Origin: the human T2T-CHM13v2.0 reference genome, Homo sapiens
Length of the DNA: 64,000 nucleotides
Direction: 5' to 3' (one strand)
Assembly: GCF_009914755.1 (NCBI RefSeq)
Contig: NC_060937.1
This document shows positions 14,591-28,977 of the stretch, piece by piece; the first letter of the stretch is position 1, and the number at the start of each line of letters is the position of its first letter. Below the pieces are notes generated by a model. The model worked only from the letters and a program-made list of their open reading frames with translations. It made no database searches and was not told the origin of the DNA. The position numbers and the translations under genes were made by a program.

Positions 14591-16299
14591 ATGCTCAATA
14601 AATAATAGTTGTGTGTATGTACATGTTAAGCAGAATAAATCCTAGAGTTCCCAGAAATATCTAGATACCTGTCGATCCTCATTCTAGATCTTCACCATGG
14701 AGTTCAGAAATGTGCTTGGATCAGGCTGTGTTCATTTGGGGAGACTGAACTTGTCTCAGGATGAAATTTGTCTGAATGCACTGTATACTGTATTCAAGTG
14801 ATCACATTATGTACTCTGCACCTCTGCAATTGAGGAGGTACACCTGGCCCAAGGAAGTGCACATGTCCAGGTTATACTCATGCTGGGCTGGAGGAAGACA
14901 TACTAGTATTATGTTTCCATAAGGTTGGTGTGATGCTTACTCTTTCAGGATCTAGGGGTTCAGAGACTGGCTCCTCATTCTGTCTTTAAAAAGGTTACTA
15001 GCCATTTTTTTTTCTAAGTGTCCTTCTCTCTAAATCCTTTAGATAAGTAAACCTTGATGATTTAGCCAAGTGGTATCTGAGTCTGGGTTTTTGCACTTGC
15101 TATTGACATTGGCCGACACAGTGGTTAGTCATGCTCTAGTCTACATGACCACTTTATTGAACACTGGGTTCTGTGGGGTGCGAGCAGACAGTATCTTTCT
15201 TTTGCTCCACCGCTACCCTTCAAGCCTGCTTTGCTGGCTGTCTCTTCACCTCTCCTCAATAGGAGCTTGAGTTGATCCTGGAGAAGTACCTGTTTCTCTC
15301 ATATTTTAGAGTAATCTGACATATATACTTCAAAATGTATCCAGTTCAAAGCTTCTCCTTTTCCCTATACCACCCAGGTTTGATGACAGTGGGATGGAGG
15401 TGGGACGGGGTAGGAGAATCTGTTTTGACCGTCTTGGCCCACTTTCTTCCTGCTTGCTTTCTAGCTCCTGTTTTGGCTCCCCGAGCATCAGGTCTTACTT
15501 GACAAAACCTTTTATAATCTGGCATCACTGATTTGTGTGCAGCAGATGCCTGAATGCCTCCTCTTTCTCCCTTGGGCAACTCAGTCAATTACTTAACCCT
15601 TCATCCAACCTCTGGGGCTTGCAGAATGCCTTAATTCCCTGAAGTAGGTGCAGCTCTCTCTAGTTCATTTCTTACAAGCTGACTCTTGGTTTCTGATATA
15701 CACAAAGCTTGGCTACTCCTGTTTTTCTGGATTCCCTTGAAACTTGTCTGTGTCTATACAATAACTCTGTGTTCCCACACCTCCCCCATATATGCACACA
15801 CTTATGCTTGAACTACCTTGAGAGAGTTCCTATTCTTAGCAATAAAAGAGGTCTAATTAGATTATGGGGAAACTGCTCAGAGCAAAGGGAATTGGGCAGG
15901 CTTAAGGAACTTTTATCCATGACATGGAAAAGACATGAATATACTCCTGCTTCATGGAGGTGGACATCTGTCTAGTGACCAGAATATGTGTATCCGTCAA
16001 GCACAATGACTTGTTTCCATGAAAGGTGAGAGCAATAAGTGCAGATATATTGTTCCTCTTTGGCTCCCATTTTTTTGAGACTACATGTTGACCACTGCCT
16101 TTCTGTTGGCGTGTTTCAAGGCAATTACATAATAGGTTGTTGGTGGCATTTTTATTGTTATATTCCAGCCCTATATATATTATTGACTTCTGTCAATCTT
16201 GGATATTTCCTAGGTTTCCTCAGTAACGCATGTAAAATTCATCTTTTGGGGTGAACTCCTACTAAAAAGGTATATTACATTTAGTTATGAATAATAAAG

Positions 16300-16750
16300 A
16301 TTCAGCTCTAATGGACTAAATAACATACAAATAGACTTTTCTCTCATTTAAAAGAAATCTGAAGGTAGGTAGTATAGGGCTGGTATGGTGCCTCTACAGT
16401 ATACCATCACGACCTAAGCTCATACTATTTTTTTGTGATACCCTCCTTTGCATATGACTTCCATTCTTAAAGTCACTCATGGACCAAGATGGCTATTGGA
16501 GATCCAGCCATTGTGTCTAAGTTCCAGGTAGTAGGAAGAAAGGAGAAGAAAGTCAAAACAGATGTATGCCAGCTATCTGTCCCCAAGAAAATGAGTGATT
16601 CTGGAAGTCTCATCTCATGTTTCCTACCCACCTCTACCTATAGAGGAAGCTGGAGACATATAGTTGTTTATCTGGTTAGTTTGCCACTTTGGAGAAAACT
16701 GAGGTTTTAAGGAAGAAGGAAGGAAAGAATAAATATTGGTGGCCAGAAGA
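16300..16750. mobile_element. MLT1-type (MaLR) LTR remnant
   Basis: ccaagatggct ... ccagccattgtgtctaagttccagg ... ggaagaaagga. Confidence 0.5.
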
Positions 16751-17541
16751 CAGCGTCCATCATTTATCTTATGTTGACATTGCTTAGTTTCTCTTCTCAG
16801 CCTTCCTTATCCACTAAAGTTGTCAAGTCATAAAAGCAACTTTTTCAGGTCCCATCTCTGCCAATAGGAAGGGTGTATTTCAAAATAAATGACTATAGTT
16901 TGAATTACATACATTTAGCTTTATGGATAACTCCTTACATTTATTTTTCTCATTTATTGGGTGATGAGTGAAAAAATTCATCAGGAAATAGACAATTACT
17001 GTTCTGACCTGTGATTGGGAACTTTTGTTTTAACTTTAAGCTTTTCCCCCTTAACTTTGTAGTTTGAAAATTTCAAACCTACAGAAAAGTTGTAAAATTA
17101 TTACAATGAACACCCATATACCTTGTTTTGACAGTCATCCTATAATTTGCATTATTGATTTATCTCTCTATATACATTTGGTTGTTGCTGTTGTTCAATC
17201 ACTTGAGAACTTAATGAATTTTTAAAGTGGAAGGACACTACTCAAATATTTAAAACCCTAAAATATTTAAGACCTTTTCTGAGAATAATTTTCAAGATAA
17301 AGACTGTGATTGAAGGCAAATGGTTACATGTAATTTCTAAAAGATAACCTCTTTTCTGGATATTTCAGAGGACCAGAACTGGAGATATTACAGACTCCTT
17401 TCAATAGACTTCAGATTCCCACTTCTTTTCTGTCTTAGAACCGCTGCTGAGAGAGGTTCTCAAATGGTTATCCTGATCTGAACACCCCCACCAAAGCAAA
17501 CCTATTTTAGATATGTTAATGCAAACACAAATTAGAAGTTT

Positions 17542-17981
<440 letters not shown>

Positions 17982-18599
17982 TCAAGTCCTCTAATGTTAA
18001 AAAGCGTAATATTTAGAAGATCCTTTGGGATAGGATTTGTTACTCTACCTAGACTAGGTCAGGAAGGTTAAGCCAGATTCCAGTGCTCCATGGTTCTGCT
18101 CAGTTGCAGATAGGATTCAGACTTATGTATGCGTAATGCTCAGTTACTGCTATTTTACTGTTTTCCATTCACTAACCAAACCATTGAGCTTATTGAAAGC
18201 TGCTTTCTTTGGAGTTTCATTTCTGTAGAATGTAAGGATGTAATTTCTTTCTTCACTAATAGGACAAGCGGCACAAGGTATATGAGATGAGAAGGGGTCT
18301 CCAAGATTTAGTCTTATACTTAGTGCATCTAGTGGTAGATTGCAATACTGCTCATCAGATATTCCAGATTTTGTCTCTGCAGTGCTCCTCCTTGAGTGAT
18401 TTGGGGATTTATTATGTAGTATAACTTAAAATATTCTGCCAGATACAAGGCAAGAAATGCTACACTAAAATTTTGATAAAGTTGAAAGGATAGTTTGCTT
18501 GTTAATTGGAATGGCTTCCCCCAAAACCCAAACTTTAATCTAAGTCAGACTTCCTTTATTTCTTTTATAAACGTTCAGCTTCAAAACAGTTATAGATGT

Positions 18600-18890
18600 G
18601 GCTGGGCGCGGTGGCTTACGCCTGTAATCCCAGTACTTTGGGAGGCCGAGGCAGGCAGATCACAAGGTCAGGAGATTGAGATCATCCTGGCCAACATGGT
18701 GAAACTCCAGCTCTACTAAAAATACAAAAATTAGCTGGGCATGGTGGCGCATGCCTGTCATCTCAGCTACTTAGGAGGCTGAGGCAGGAGACTCGCTTGA
18801 ACCAGGGAGTCGGAGGTTGCAGTGAGCCAGGATCTAGCCAGTGCACTCCAGCCTGGTGTCAGAGTGAGACTCCATCCAAAAAAAAAAAAA
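18600..18890 (+). mobile_element. Alu SINE (S-type)
   Basis: Full-length consensus plus poly-A. Confidence 0.95.
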
Positions 18891-19405
18891 GTTACAGATT
18901 TACAGAATTATTACATAGTGTGCTCATATTCCTCACACCCAGTTTCCCCTATTAGGAAATTAGTCCCTATGATATTTTTACATGTTCTTTCTTTCCTGTG
19001 AATATTACAAGTCTTGTTCATTATTATATATTTAAGTGCCAGCCATTTTGCTATTACTAATTGTAGGTTGGTATTCTTCAATAGTTTTGGAAAGAATACA
19101 CGAGAAAATCAAAAGACATAGGGAGTGCCTTTCTATCTTCCCATAAAAATCATCAGGATCTTTTTTTTTTTCAGTCAAAAGGAAGTCTCCTAGACTTTAT
19201 GTGAACAATCCTCTTACTGACCACCCTATAGCCATCACTGAAAATAGCTTTCTCTATATCACCGAAGCTTTAAAACTCACAACAATCTTTTATTTTTGCC
19301 TCCTGTTCGATAACTATGAAGTTTTTATTTATATCTTAATCCAAATATATCCCTTTTTTCTTTTTTATCATTCCCATTATGACTTCTATGACGTTTAAAA
19401 TGTTA

Positions 19406-19746
<341 letters not shown>

Positions 19747-19770
19747 TTAATTATACAAACACAGAGGTGG

Positions 19771-20121
19771 TGTATTAGTCTGCTTGGCTGATACAACAAA
19801 ATACCATAGACTGAGGTGGCTATAACAACAGACATTTACTTCTCTCAATTCTGGAGGCTAAGTCCCAGATAAAGATGGGGCAGTTTGGGTTCCAGGTGAA
19901 AGCCCCTTCTTGCTCTGTCCTCACATGGCACACAGAGGAGAACAAGCTCTTCGTTGTTTTTTCTCATAAGGGCACTAATCTCGCCATGGGGGACCCACCA
20001 AGGTGACCTCATCTAAATTGAATTACCTCCCAAAGGCTCCATCTCCAAATACCAACATATTGGGGTGGGGTAGGGCTTTAACATATGGATTGGGGGAGGA
20101 GGGAAATAGTTCAGTCCACAG
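19771..20121 (-). mobile_element. MLT1A-type solo LTR (MaLR)
   Basis: tgtattagtc ... aaataccatagactg ... aagggcactaatc ... acctcccaaaggctccatctccaaatacca ... ttcagtccacagc. Confidence 0.8.
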
Positions 20122-20489
20122 CTGGTGGCAATGCCCAAGCTCAACGGAAGATTAAAGTACTGAATTAGGGAGAACTGTGAGATGAGGTTAGAAAGACTAA
20201 TCATACGGAGGTCATCAAGTGCCAAACTAAAGAGCCACTGGGCTTTTTAGATCATAAATCCGGGGGTTGCTTATGGGATGGATTTTGTTAGAGATCACGA
20301 GTAGGAAAACCATTTGGGGGAGTAATGTAACAATCCCTGAGGGAAAAATAAAAACTAACACTATGATGACAACCCTCGAATGCACCACCACCAGGAAGCC
20401 TTTCCTGATGCTTCGCCAGAGAGGTTCTCTTTAAACGCGAATTTTTCTTGAGTTATCCTAGAAATGTAAGTTACACCTCACATTTCGCC

Positions 20490-21800
20490 TTCTTTCGTAC
20501 ATGTTCCTGTGCGTTTCCTAATCCTTCCACTTTGTAGTTCCTCCAGCACCGGTTGTGTCCGAGGGCCCTTCTGGCGGAGCCACACTCGCTCGGCCCAAGG
20601 TCCCGCCCTCCAGCATCAGGATGCACGGACAGTATTTGTGGACTTGACCGCATCCCAGGAAATCCAGCGGGCCTGGCCACTTCTGGGCGCCAGGACCACA
20701 GCCGGCCACCCCACGGACGCCTGGGACGCTCTTCTGGGCCCCCTTCGGGGCTGGGCGTCGGGCTCGCAACAACTGCGACCAACTGGCTCCGCGAGGCCTG
20801 GGGCGCAGGGGTGGGGCTCACGTCGTGGGACGGTTGCATGGATTATTTTCGATTGATTTCCGAACCTTCAGGAAGCAGACACGCTCCCCTTCCTTCTTAG
20901 GGATGGGGCGGCAGCCAACGAAAGCCCGAAGCCGCCTCCTTTTCTGAGTGGGGAGCTTAGAGATGCTCAGGAGGGACCTCCCCGATTCTGCGATTCTGAG
21001 CATCAATTTTGGCAGGAGGCTAGATAGAAGTAGTAATTGACATTCATCACCCTAAAGTGCGGATTATGTCAGTACAGATGCTACGATAGAAGAACTAAAA
21101 AATGACAGAAATGGTTTTACTGTTTTTAAACTCTGGGAGCCTACTCCTTTAAGAGATTAGGCAGTACGCCTATTCTCGCCTGGTCCCAGCGTACCTTGCG
21201 CGGCTCGCCGTCCCCCACTCACGTACCAGGGCTCATTGCGTGACGGTTACACTTCCGGCGGGCTACGTGCGCGCGGCGAGCGCCGGGCGTACTTTTGCGT
21301 GGTTGCTCCACCCCCTCAGCCTTGCCTTCGCCGCCGTTGGGGCTGGAAGTTCCCGCCAGGTCCGTGCCGGGCGAGAGAGATGCTGCCCGGCCCGCCTCGG
21401 CTTTGAGGCGAGAGAAGTGTCCCAGACCCATTTCGCCTTGCTGACGGCGTCGAGCCCTGGCCAGACATGTCCACAGGGTTCTCCTTCGGGTCCGGGACTC
21501 TGGGCTCCACCACCGTGGCCGCCGGCGGGACCAGCACAGGCGGCGTTTTCTCCTTCGGAACGGGAGCGTCTAGGTAACCGCACTTTCTCGCCTTCCTGGG
21601 CCGGATTCACCCCCACCCCCACCCCCGCAAAGCTCCCTTGGTGTCCCCATCCTGTCTCTTCCCTCTGGCTTCCTTCCCAGTGGGGCTGGAGAGAAGCACT
21701 TAATCTAGCCGCCCGGCGTCGTAGGCCTCTCGCCGCGGTACCCGGGCCCAGCGCGGCCTGGTGAAGTGGAGGGCGGGATGGGTTCTGTGCTGTGAGGTTT
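20490..21800 (+). promoter_or_regulatory. NUP58: Bipartite CpG island, NUP58 promoter (ETS/GABP site 21251-21258; E2F-like TTCCCGCC 21350-21357)
   Basis: Two CpG-dense blocks (about 20490-20950 and 21170-21800); ACTTCCGG is CCGGAAGT on the minus strand; no obvious TATA box. Confidence 0.8.
21467..21573 (+). CDS. NUP58: Nucleoporin p58/p45 exon 1 (MSTGFSFGSG...GTGAS), 107 nt
   Basis: gacATG start; FSFG motifs; donor AG|gtaacc. Confidence 0.97.
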
Positions 21801-22539
21801 CCAGAATCCACGTATAGTTCAGGCATTGTTTGGACCTAGTGGGGTCTTGACTGCGTGGAAGGGCCTTGGGGTCTACCCCGGAGCTTTAGCGATGTGTCAG
21901 TCTTAGGCATAGAATGAACATTGAATGAATGAATGAAATTATAGCATACTGTGGAGTTTTATGATAGATAATTCCGATTTCATTGCAGCATTTGCGGTTT
22001 TGGATATGACGGTGTTTTAATAACTTTGTGGTTTTTAACCAGCTTTTCAAGCTTTTGTGCCACATGGGACCTTATCTGTTTTTGTTAAAAAAAACAAAAA
22101 CACTTTTTTACAGTGTTTATTAGTGGTAATTTTCTGCAGTATGTGCAGATTAGTATATCTGATGCGAGAATGTTGTGTTGTAATAACTCAATTTGTCTTT
22201 TACTTAAATTACAAAACGTAGGTAGCATGTTCCTTGTTTTTGTGCAACCCATTAGTTCAGGTGGCGACAAAAACATAACTATCCAGAAAGAAACAAAGTG
22301 GTGAGACATTTTAATGAGAGATTTAAGCTTTAGAACTCAATTTTTTTTAAGATAAAGGTGGAGGGGTTCATAAAGTTAAGGAGTGTGCACACTGTCAACA
22401 AGATACTTCCTGAAGCTTAAAAGATGTGGCTGTAGATTTAAAAGGCAAATACTTAAGCATGACCTGCAGTTTAAAAAGGGAGGGAGGAGGAACCACGGAC
22501 TACACAGTCAATTCAGAAATTTGAATTTTCATCCATACC

Positions 22540-23580
22540 TCCGTTATTCTTACTCTACTCGCTCAACAACAGGTTCTGATAATGTTACTTCTGCCATTTC
22601 TGTTTGTCTTTATTTCCAGTTCCACAACCCTGCTTAGGCTATTGTCATTCGTGGAACAAATATTTATTGGACAGATTCCCATGTGCAAGGCTCTGTTTTA
22701 GGTATTAAGAGTCTTGCTCTCTTGATCCTTACATTCTTATGAAAATAATTTTGATTCTTGTCAGATTTTTAACCAGCTGTCTTTCTTGTTTTAGATGAAA
22801 ACTACTCCAATCAACTTCTTCAATCTGTTCTGCCACATTTTAGCCAGAGTAATTGAAAAACAAAATTCCCATTGCTCTCTCTTTAATCATTACCCGCCAT
22901 CGTTAGAATGAAGTTTAAAAAAGAAAAAAAAACTTACCATAGTCTGCAAGGTCCACTTCTGCTGGAACCTCTGGGGACTCATCTTGAGCGGGACTCATCT
23001 TGAGCCCATCTTTTTATTTTAGCTATGCAGACCCACTGTTAAAAACAAACACACAACTACCACCCTAAATAACTGAAATGAAGTTTCAGAGAAAGATACC
23101 CTTACTTCATGGGATGCACTTTGATATTTTCTATTTCTTTTTTTTTTTAATGTTGCTTATGACTTGATGAATTAATTTTTATATTTCTCTCATGGTCCTG
23201 ATCTTAGAAAGCCTGTCCTAGCAACATGGCCTTTTCTCTTTTCAAGTGGGCTTTGCCAGCCCCTTCCTTGCAAATATCAAATGGTCTCTTCCCCAGAGAG
23301 GCCTTTTCTGACCTGTCAGTCTAGGGGAGATTTCCATTCTCCTAGTACTCTTAGAGTGCTGATCACAATTGTAATCAGTTTGTTATATTTATTGTTAACT
23401 TGTTTGTTGTCAGATCTCAGCACTAGAATAATTAATACCTATGTCTCTCACTGACTAGAAACTGCCTGAGGGCAAGGTCTGAGTCTTAATTTCCCACCTC
23501 ATTGTCAGTCCCAAGGACAGTGCCTGGCATAGAAAAAGGGCTTTAATAACAATTTGAATGACTGAGCAAATGAGTTATTA
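22540..23580. mobile_element. L2 LINE remnants
   Basis: gaggccttttctgacc ... cctgagggcaaggtc ... acagtgcctggcatag. Confidence 0.55.
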
Positions 23581-23694
23581 GTAATAAGCTATAAAAAATT
23601 ACCCAAGTTTTAGAGAGGCTTGGATAAATTAATGAAAGAGGAGACTGTCCGACATAAATTTGTTAGAGTGCTGGTTGGGAGGCCTGACAGCCCC

Positions 23695-23710
23695 TAGTGC
23701 CACCTAGTGA
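23695..23710 (-). promoter_or_regulatory. CTCF-like motif in NUP58 intron 1
   Basis: Reverse complement is TCACTAGGTGGCACTA. Confidence 0.55.
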
Positions 23711-24137
23711 TTTGATGTCTTGAGGTTGGTCATTTTAGGGGAGTTCTCACATCTGGAAAAGGAGTATAATATATTACCTGAGTTGATGAGTGAGATGAAG
23801 TATTTAAATATTTAGCATCAAGTCTGGCACTTGCTAAGTGCTCAGTAAATCTTAGCTATTATGTTAGCTACCAAGTCTGCATTAGGGCAAGCTGGGCAAG
23901 TTAAAATAACATTCCAGATGTGATTGAGTCAAGTTGGCTTTTCTACAGTACATCCTATCAAGTCCTTGGCAGATAACATTGGTTTGAGGCAATAATTGGT
24001 CAAGTTTAGGGTAGCTTTTGCTTTTCTTGAATTTAGTAAATTTCACTGCCACCAAAATTTCTCTCTTGCTTTTGTGGTAGAGAAAAATTTCATTTTGATG
24101 TGTTTCTTTGGCAGTATTTTCAACTTTCATTATGTAA

Positions 24138-24528
<391 letters not shown>

Positions 24529-24813
24529 TAGTATCCCCCAAATACTCATTTACCCTACTCCACATTATACACACAACAGTGTCAAAATAACAATACGATC
24601 AGACTACTACCAGCTAAGCTAAATGTTTTGGCATATATGCCCCTTTTATGGTTGTACTACCTATGTTGTCTGGATATAGCCATTACATACTATATTCTTT
24701 TGCTTGTAGCGCTCACTTAGGTTTCTGTGTGTGTGATCTCACTTAGTTTTGATTGTAGCAATATGTTGTTAAAAATACCTTTTAAATTAAGACTAAATGT
24801 TTAAAGATCTGTG

Positions 24814-24816
<3 letters not shown>

Positions 24817-24845
<29 letters not shown>

Positions 24846-25158
24846 TTTTTTTTTGAGACAGGGCCTTGCCCTGTCTCCCAGGCTGGAATGCAGTGGCGCA
24901 ATCTCAGCCCGCTACAACCTCCACCTCCTGGGCTAAAGTGATCTTTCCACCTCAGCTTCCTGAGTAGCTGGGATTACATTCAGGTGTGCATTGGCACGCC
25001 TGGCTAATTTTTGTTTTTTGGAAGTTTTTTGTTGTTGTTTTTTCGGTAGAGAGAGTTTCACCATGTGGCCCAGGCTGGGCTCAAGCTTCTGGGCTCAAGC
25101 AGTCTGCCTACCTCAACCTCCCAAAGTGCTGGGATTACAGGTGTGAGCCACCCGGCCT
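24817..25158 (-). mobile_element. Alu SINE (J-type)
   Basis: Alu body with T-rich tail. Confidence 0.9.
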
Positions 25159-25816
25159 GGTCAAGATCTGTGTTTTAATTGTTAGCGAGAGCTTACCGCC
25201 CTGCTTTGTCTCCTGCCTCGCCTTCATATGCCCAAGGTGCACACAAACACATTTTAAAAATCAGTACTTCTCCTTTTACCTACTCAGTATGGATGGCACA
25301 TCTCAAGTTCTACCCTTAATAAGCTCCTCCACCTCCATTCCCCTCACAGTGATTAGCTCTTTGCCTCAAACTTCTGCAGTATCTCTTTGCCATCGTTTGG
25401 TACTTGATTATAATCTTACTTATAGTAATTCTAAACTTACTGAAGGTGTGTACATTTCTACTGCTTGAATTATCTCCTGCTTGAGTATTTCTTTTCCTCC
25501 TTGTCTCCCAGTGTTTGCAAAAATTTGAGTGGCTTCTTAAGCTGATTATGAAATTGAAGACACCCGGACCCAAGTAACTTGGAGAACTCTTCTGGCTTGG
25601 AGTACAGTTATTTGTGTTGTTTATCCCCCTGGTAAACGGCATGTTCCTTGACTAGGGGACATCTTTCTGCTCCCTTGCTATTCCTGGCATAACGCCTTGT
25701 ACATAATATGTTTAGTTAAATTTATAAGTATCCCTAATGATAACAGTCATAACAACATTTATTGAAGTTAATTCATCCTGTGCTCTGAACCCTTATATTT
25801 AAAAAAAAATTCTGCT

Positions 25817-26108
25817 GGCCGGGTGCGGTGGCTCACGCCTGTAATCCCAGCACTTTGGGAGGCCGAGGCAGGTGGATCACGAGGTCAGGAGATTGAGACC
25901 ATCCTGGCTAACATGGTGAAACCCTGTCTCTAGTAAAAATACAAAAAATTAGCTGGGTGTGGTGGCAGGCACCTATAGTCTGAGCTACTCCGGAGGCTGA
26001 GGTAGGAGAATGGGGTGAACCCGGGAGCCGGAGCTTGCGGAGTGCCACTGCACTCCAGCCTGGGCAACAGAGTGAGACTCCGTCTCAAAAAAAAAAAAAA
26101 AAAAAAAA
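25817..26108 (+). mobile_element. Alu (young, Y/Sc-like) inserted in a MIR
   Basis: gagaccatcctggctaacatggtg ... gaacccgggagccggagcttgc; aaatctgct-like target duplication. Confidence 0.93.
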
Positions 26109-26903
26109 TCTGCTAAGTGGGTACTGTTAATTCCTGTTTTGCAGATGAGGAAATAGAGGCTCAGAAAGGTTAAGTAATGGCACACAAGTACCAGAACATG
26201 GGGGGATTGGTACTGGAACCCAGCCACACTACTGCTGCCAGGGCTTTTGAGACTTTAAAAATGACATTGGGTTCTCCCATGGTGATTATTCTTTATGGAA
26301 GGGCAGCAAAGGAAATAATAAAGATAAATATGTAGGATAAAGAGAATTTGCCATTATGCTGTATAGTCTCCCTTAAATCTCCTACATAATTTTGGAAGTG
26401 TCAACTTGTCAAAATTTGCTTATTTTCACAGTTTGTCTTCCCACCTTTTCATAGCAAATCTGAACCCCTGAGTCTTGATAAGAGTAGTTGAAAAGTTGTG
26501 AAGTTTGTTCACTTTCACTTGTTTTTATCAGCTGTTCTTTTTTTAAGCTTTGCACTGTGCTCTGAAGAGTTTCTGTTAATGAATACATGATCCTGAGACA
26601 GGGTGATTTTGCTTTGCGTTTAACTTTTGCCAGGAAATGTCCCCACTAGTTTTTCTATGCTTTTTTTGGTGGTAAAATACCTAAGTCTATACTCTCCCCA
26701 ACACCACATTGCCCCATGAATGTGGTAATGTAGCAATGGAAAGCTAGTGAAGATAATTTAAAATAACTTTTCTATGACCATTTAAAAATATGCTAGGTTT
26801 CAAACATTGGTGAAAGCAGAATAATTGTGATCCCTACTTATGATTACCTTGAGATCTGGAATCCTTATTGCTGTAGACTGCTTTTCTTGAAATCTGGTAT
26901 TGT

Positions 26904-27209
26904 ATTTTTTTTTTTTTTTTTTTTTTTTGAGAGGGAGTCTCGCTCTGTCACTCAAACTGGAGTGCAGTGACACTATCTCAGCTGACTGCGACCTGCCTCC
27001 CGGGTTCAAGCAATTCTCCTGCCTCAGCCTCCTGAGTAGCTGGAATTACAGGCGTGTGCCACCACCACACCTGGCTAATTTTTGTATTTTTGGAAGAGAC
27101 GAGGTTTCACCCTGTTGGTCAGGCTGGTCTCGAACTCCTGACCTTGTGATCCACCTGCCTCGGCCTCCCAAAGTGCTGGAATTACAGGCATGAGCCACCA
27201 CACCCAGCC
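26904..27209 (-). mobile_element. Alu with clear 18-bp target-site duplication
   Basis: tgaaatctggtattgtat at 26888-26905 and 27210-27227. Confidence 0.95.
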
Positions 27210-27501
27210 TGAAATCTGGTATTGTATTTTTTAAGACTACTTTTACATGTGGATTTATTTTTTTTTAAGACTACTTTTACATGTGGATTTATTTTTAAGG
27301 AAGAACAGAAACATATTTGAACTTGATGGGTTAAAGGTAAATTTATTTTTCTTTTTGGGTCCTATGACAATGTATTAGATATGTTATGTGAATGAAATTA
27401 TCTTGAAGAGTTAATTTTTATTTTTCTTAAGTAAATATTGGCTCTAGTAGACCTCCTTTTGTGCATGTGATTTTTGTTTTGTTTTTGTTTCTTTAAATAA
27501 G

Positions 27502-27644
27502 CAACCCTTCTGTGGGGCTCAATTTTGGAAATCTTGGAAGTACTTCAACTCCAGCAACTACATCTGCTCCTTCAAGTGGTTTTGGAACCGGGCTCTTTGG
27601 ATCTAAACCTGCCACTGGGTTCACTCTAGGAGGAACAAATACAG
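27502..27644 (+). CDS. NUP58: NUP58 exon 2 (NPSVGLNFG...GGTNT), 143 nt
   Basis: aataag|C ... ACAG|gtgagg; frame continuous with exon 1. Confidence 0.97.
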
Positions 27645-27996
27645 GTGAGGAGGATCTGATCACATTGTCAGAGAGTAGGCTTGGGATATTCTTTCCTAAA
27701 TTGTGTCCTGTATCTCTCTTTACAAGGATCATCACTGGTAGTAGACCTTAAAAAATGGTAAATGCTAAGATGAAAAGAAATGCAAGGAATTGGAATTAAG
27801 GGCTAGTGATAGGCCCAATCATTGACTGTCATCTACTCTGATATAACGAAGGAAAACATACAAATATTAATTTAAATTTTTGGATTATATAATGTAGTGT
27901 TTTTCCTTAGTGGAGATTGTGGTTTAAGCCAGCTTTATCAATTTGGAACATTAACATACGTGAGATAATCAGCACCCTTACTGTAACATAATTTCT

Positions 27997-28305
27997 ATTT
28001 TTTTTCTTTTTTTAGATACACAGTCTTGCTCTGTTGTCTAGGCTGGAGTGCAGTGGCATGATCATGGCTCACTGTAGCCTTGCAGCCTCTCGGGCCCAAG
28101 TGATCCTCCCACCTCAGCCTCCTGAGTAGATGGGACCACACGTGTGCACCACCACGCCTGGCTAATTTTTTTTTTTTTTTTTTACTTTTTTACTTTTTGT
28201 AGAGAAGAGGTCTCCTCCTGGTCTTAAATTCCTGAGGTCAAGTGATCCTCCTGCTTTGGCCTCTCAGAGTGCTGGGATTATAGGCCTGAGTTACCATGCC
28301 TGGTC
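27997..28305 (-). mobile_element. Alu SINE (J-type)
   Basis: Alu body. Confidence 0.9.
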
Positions 28306-28941
28306 TATAATTTACGTTCCTAAGAGATGTTTTACATTTTTGTATTATTAAAACAAAGTGGGAAAAGGGCAATAGGTAAAGGACTTGAAGGTTTCAAAAC
28401 AATAGAAAGTTTTTGTTTTTAGTACAGCTGGAAAAATAATGTTTCACTGGAGCTGACCATTTAAAAAGTTTGCTTCTTTATTTACCCCTTATTTTCTACC
28501 CTTAGAGCCTCTTGGTCATTCTTACTACTTTTTGCGTTGATCTTCCAGCTTTGAGTGCAGCACATTTCACAGCCACATCTAGAAAATGGAAGAACTACAG
28601 GAATAAATATGAGCAGATTAGTCAGTGAGCTGCTTGAGACAGCTCAGTATAGCATTTTGTTTGGAGTTGCTTTTTTTGGTCTTGCTTAATTTTGTTATAA
28701 GCAATAGTTATTTGCATTTTATAAATTTTATTCCTTAATCAAATTATGTATGGCTTGTAATATGAAAACCAGTGCTATGGGAAAAATGCGTGATTAGTGG
28801 CAGATACTATGATATGTATTGTTCTAATTAGAAGTGTTGTCACTCCCTGAGGGTGATTTTAAGTCTTTCCCTTATGACAGGTAAACCTAAAGAATGTCAT
28901 CTTCATTGATGATTAAATTTTATTTCTCTTTTTGTCCCCAG

Positions 28942-28977
28942 GAATAGCAACAACTATAACTACAGGATTAACTCTGG
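28942..28977 (+). CDS. NUP58: NUP58 exon 3 (GIATTITTGLTL), 36 nt, symmetric phase 1-1
   Basis: ccccag|GA ... CTGG|gtaaga. Confidence 0.93.

Noticed and set aside
20471-21826. 115-187 aa ORFs on both strands at the NUP58 promoter
   Set aside because: CpG-island artefacts, mostly with non-ATG starts and no recognisable domain.
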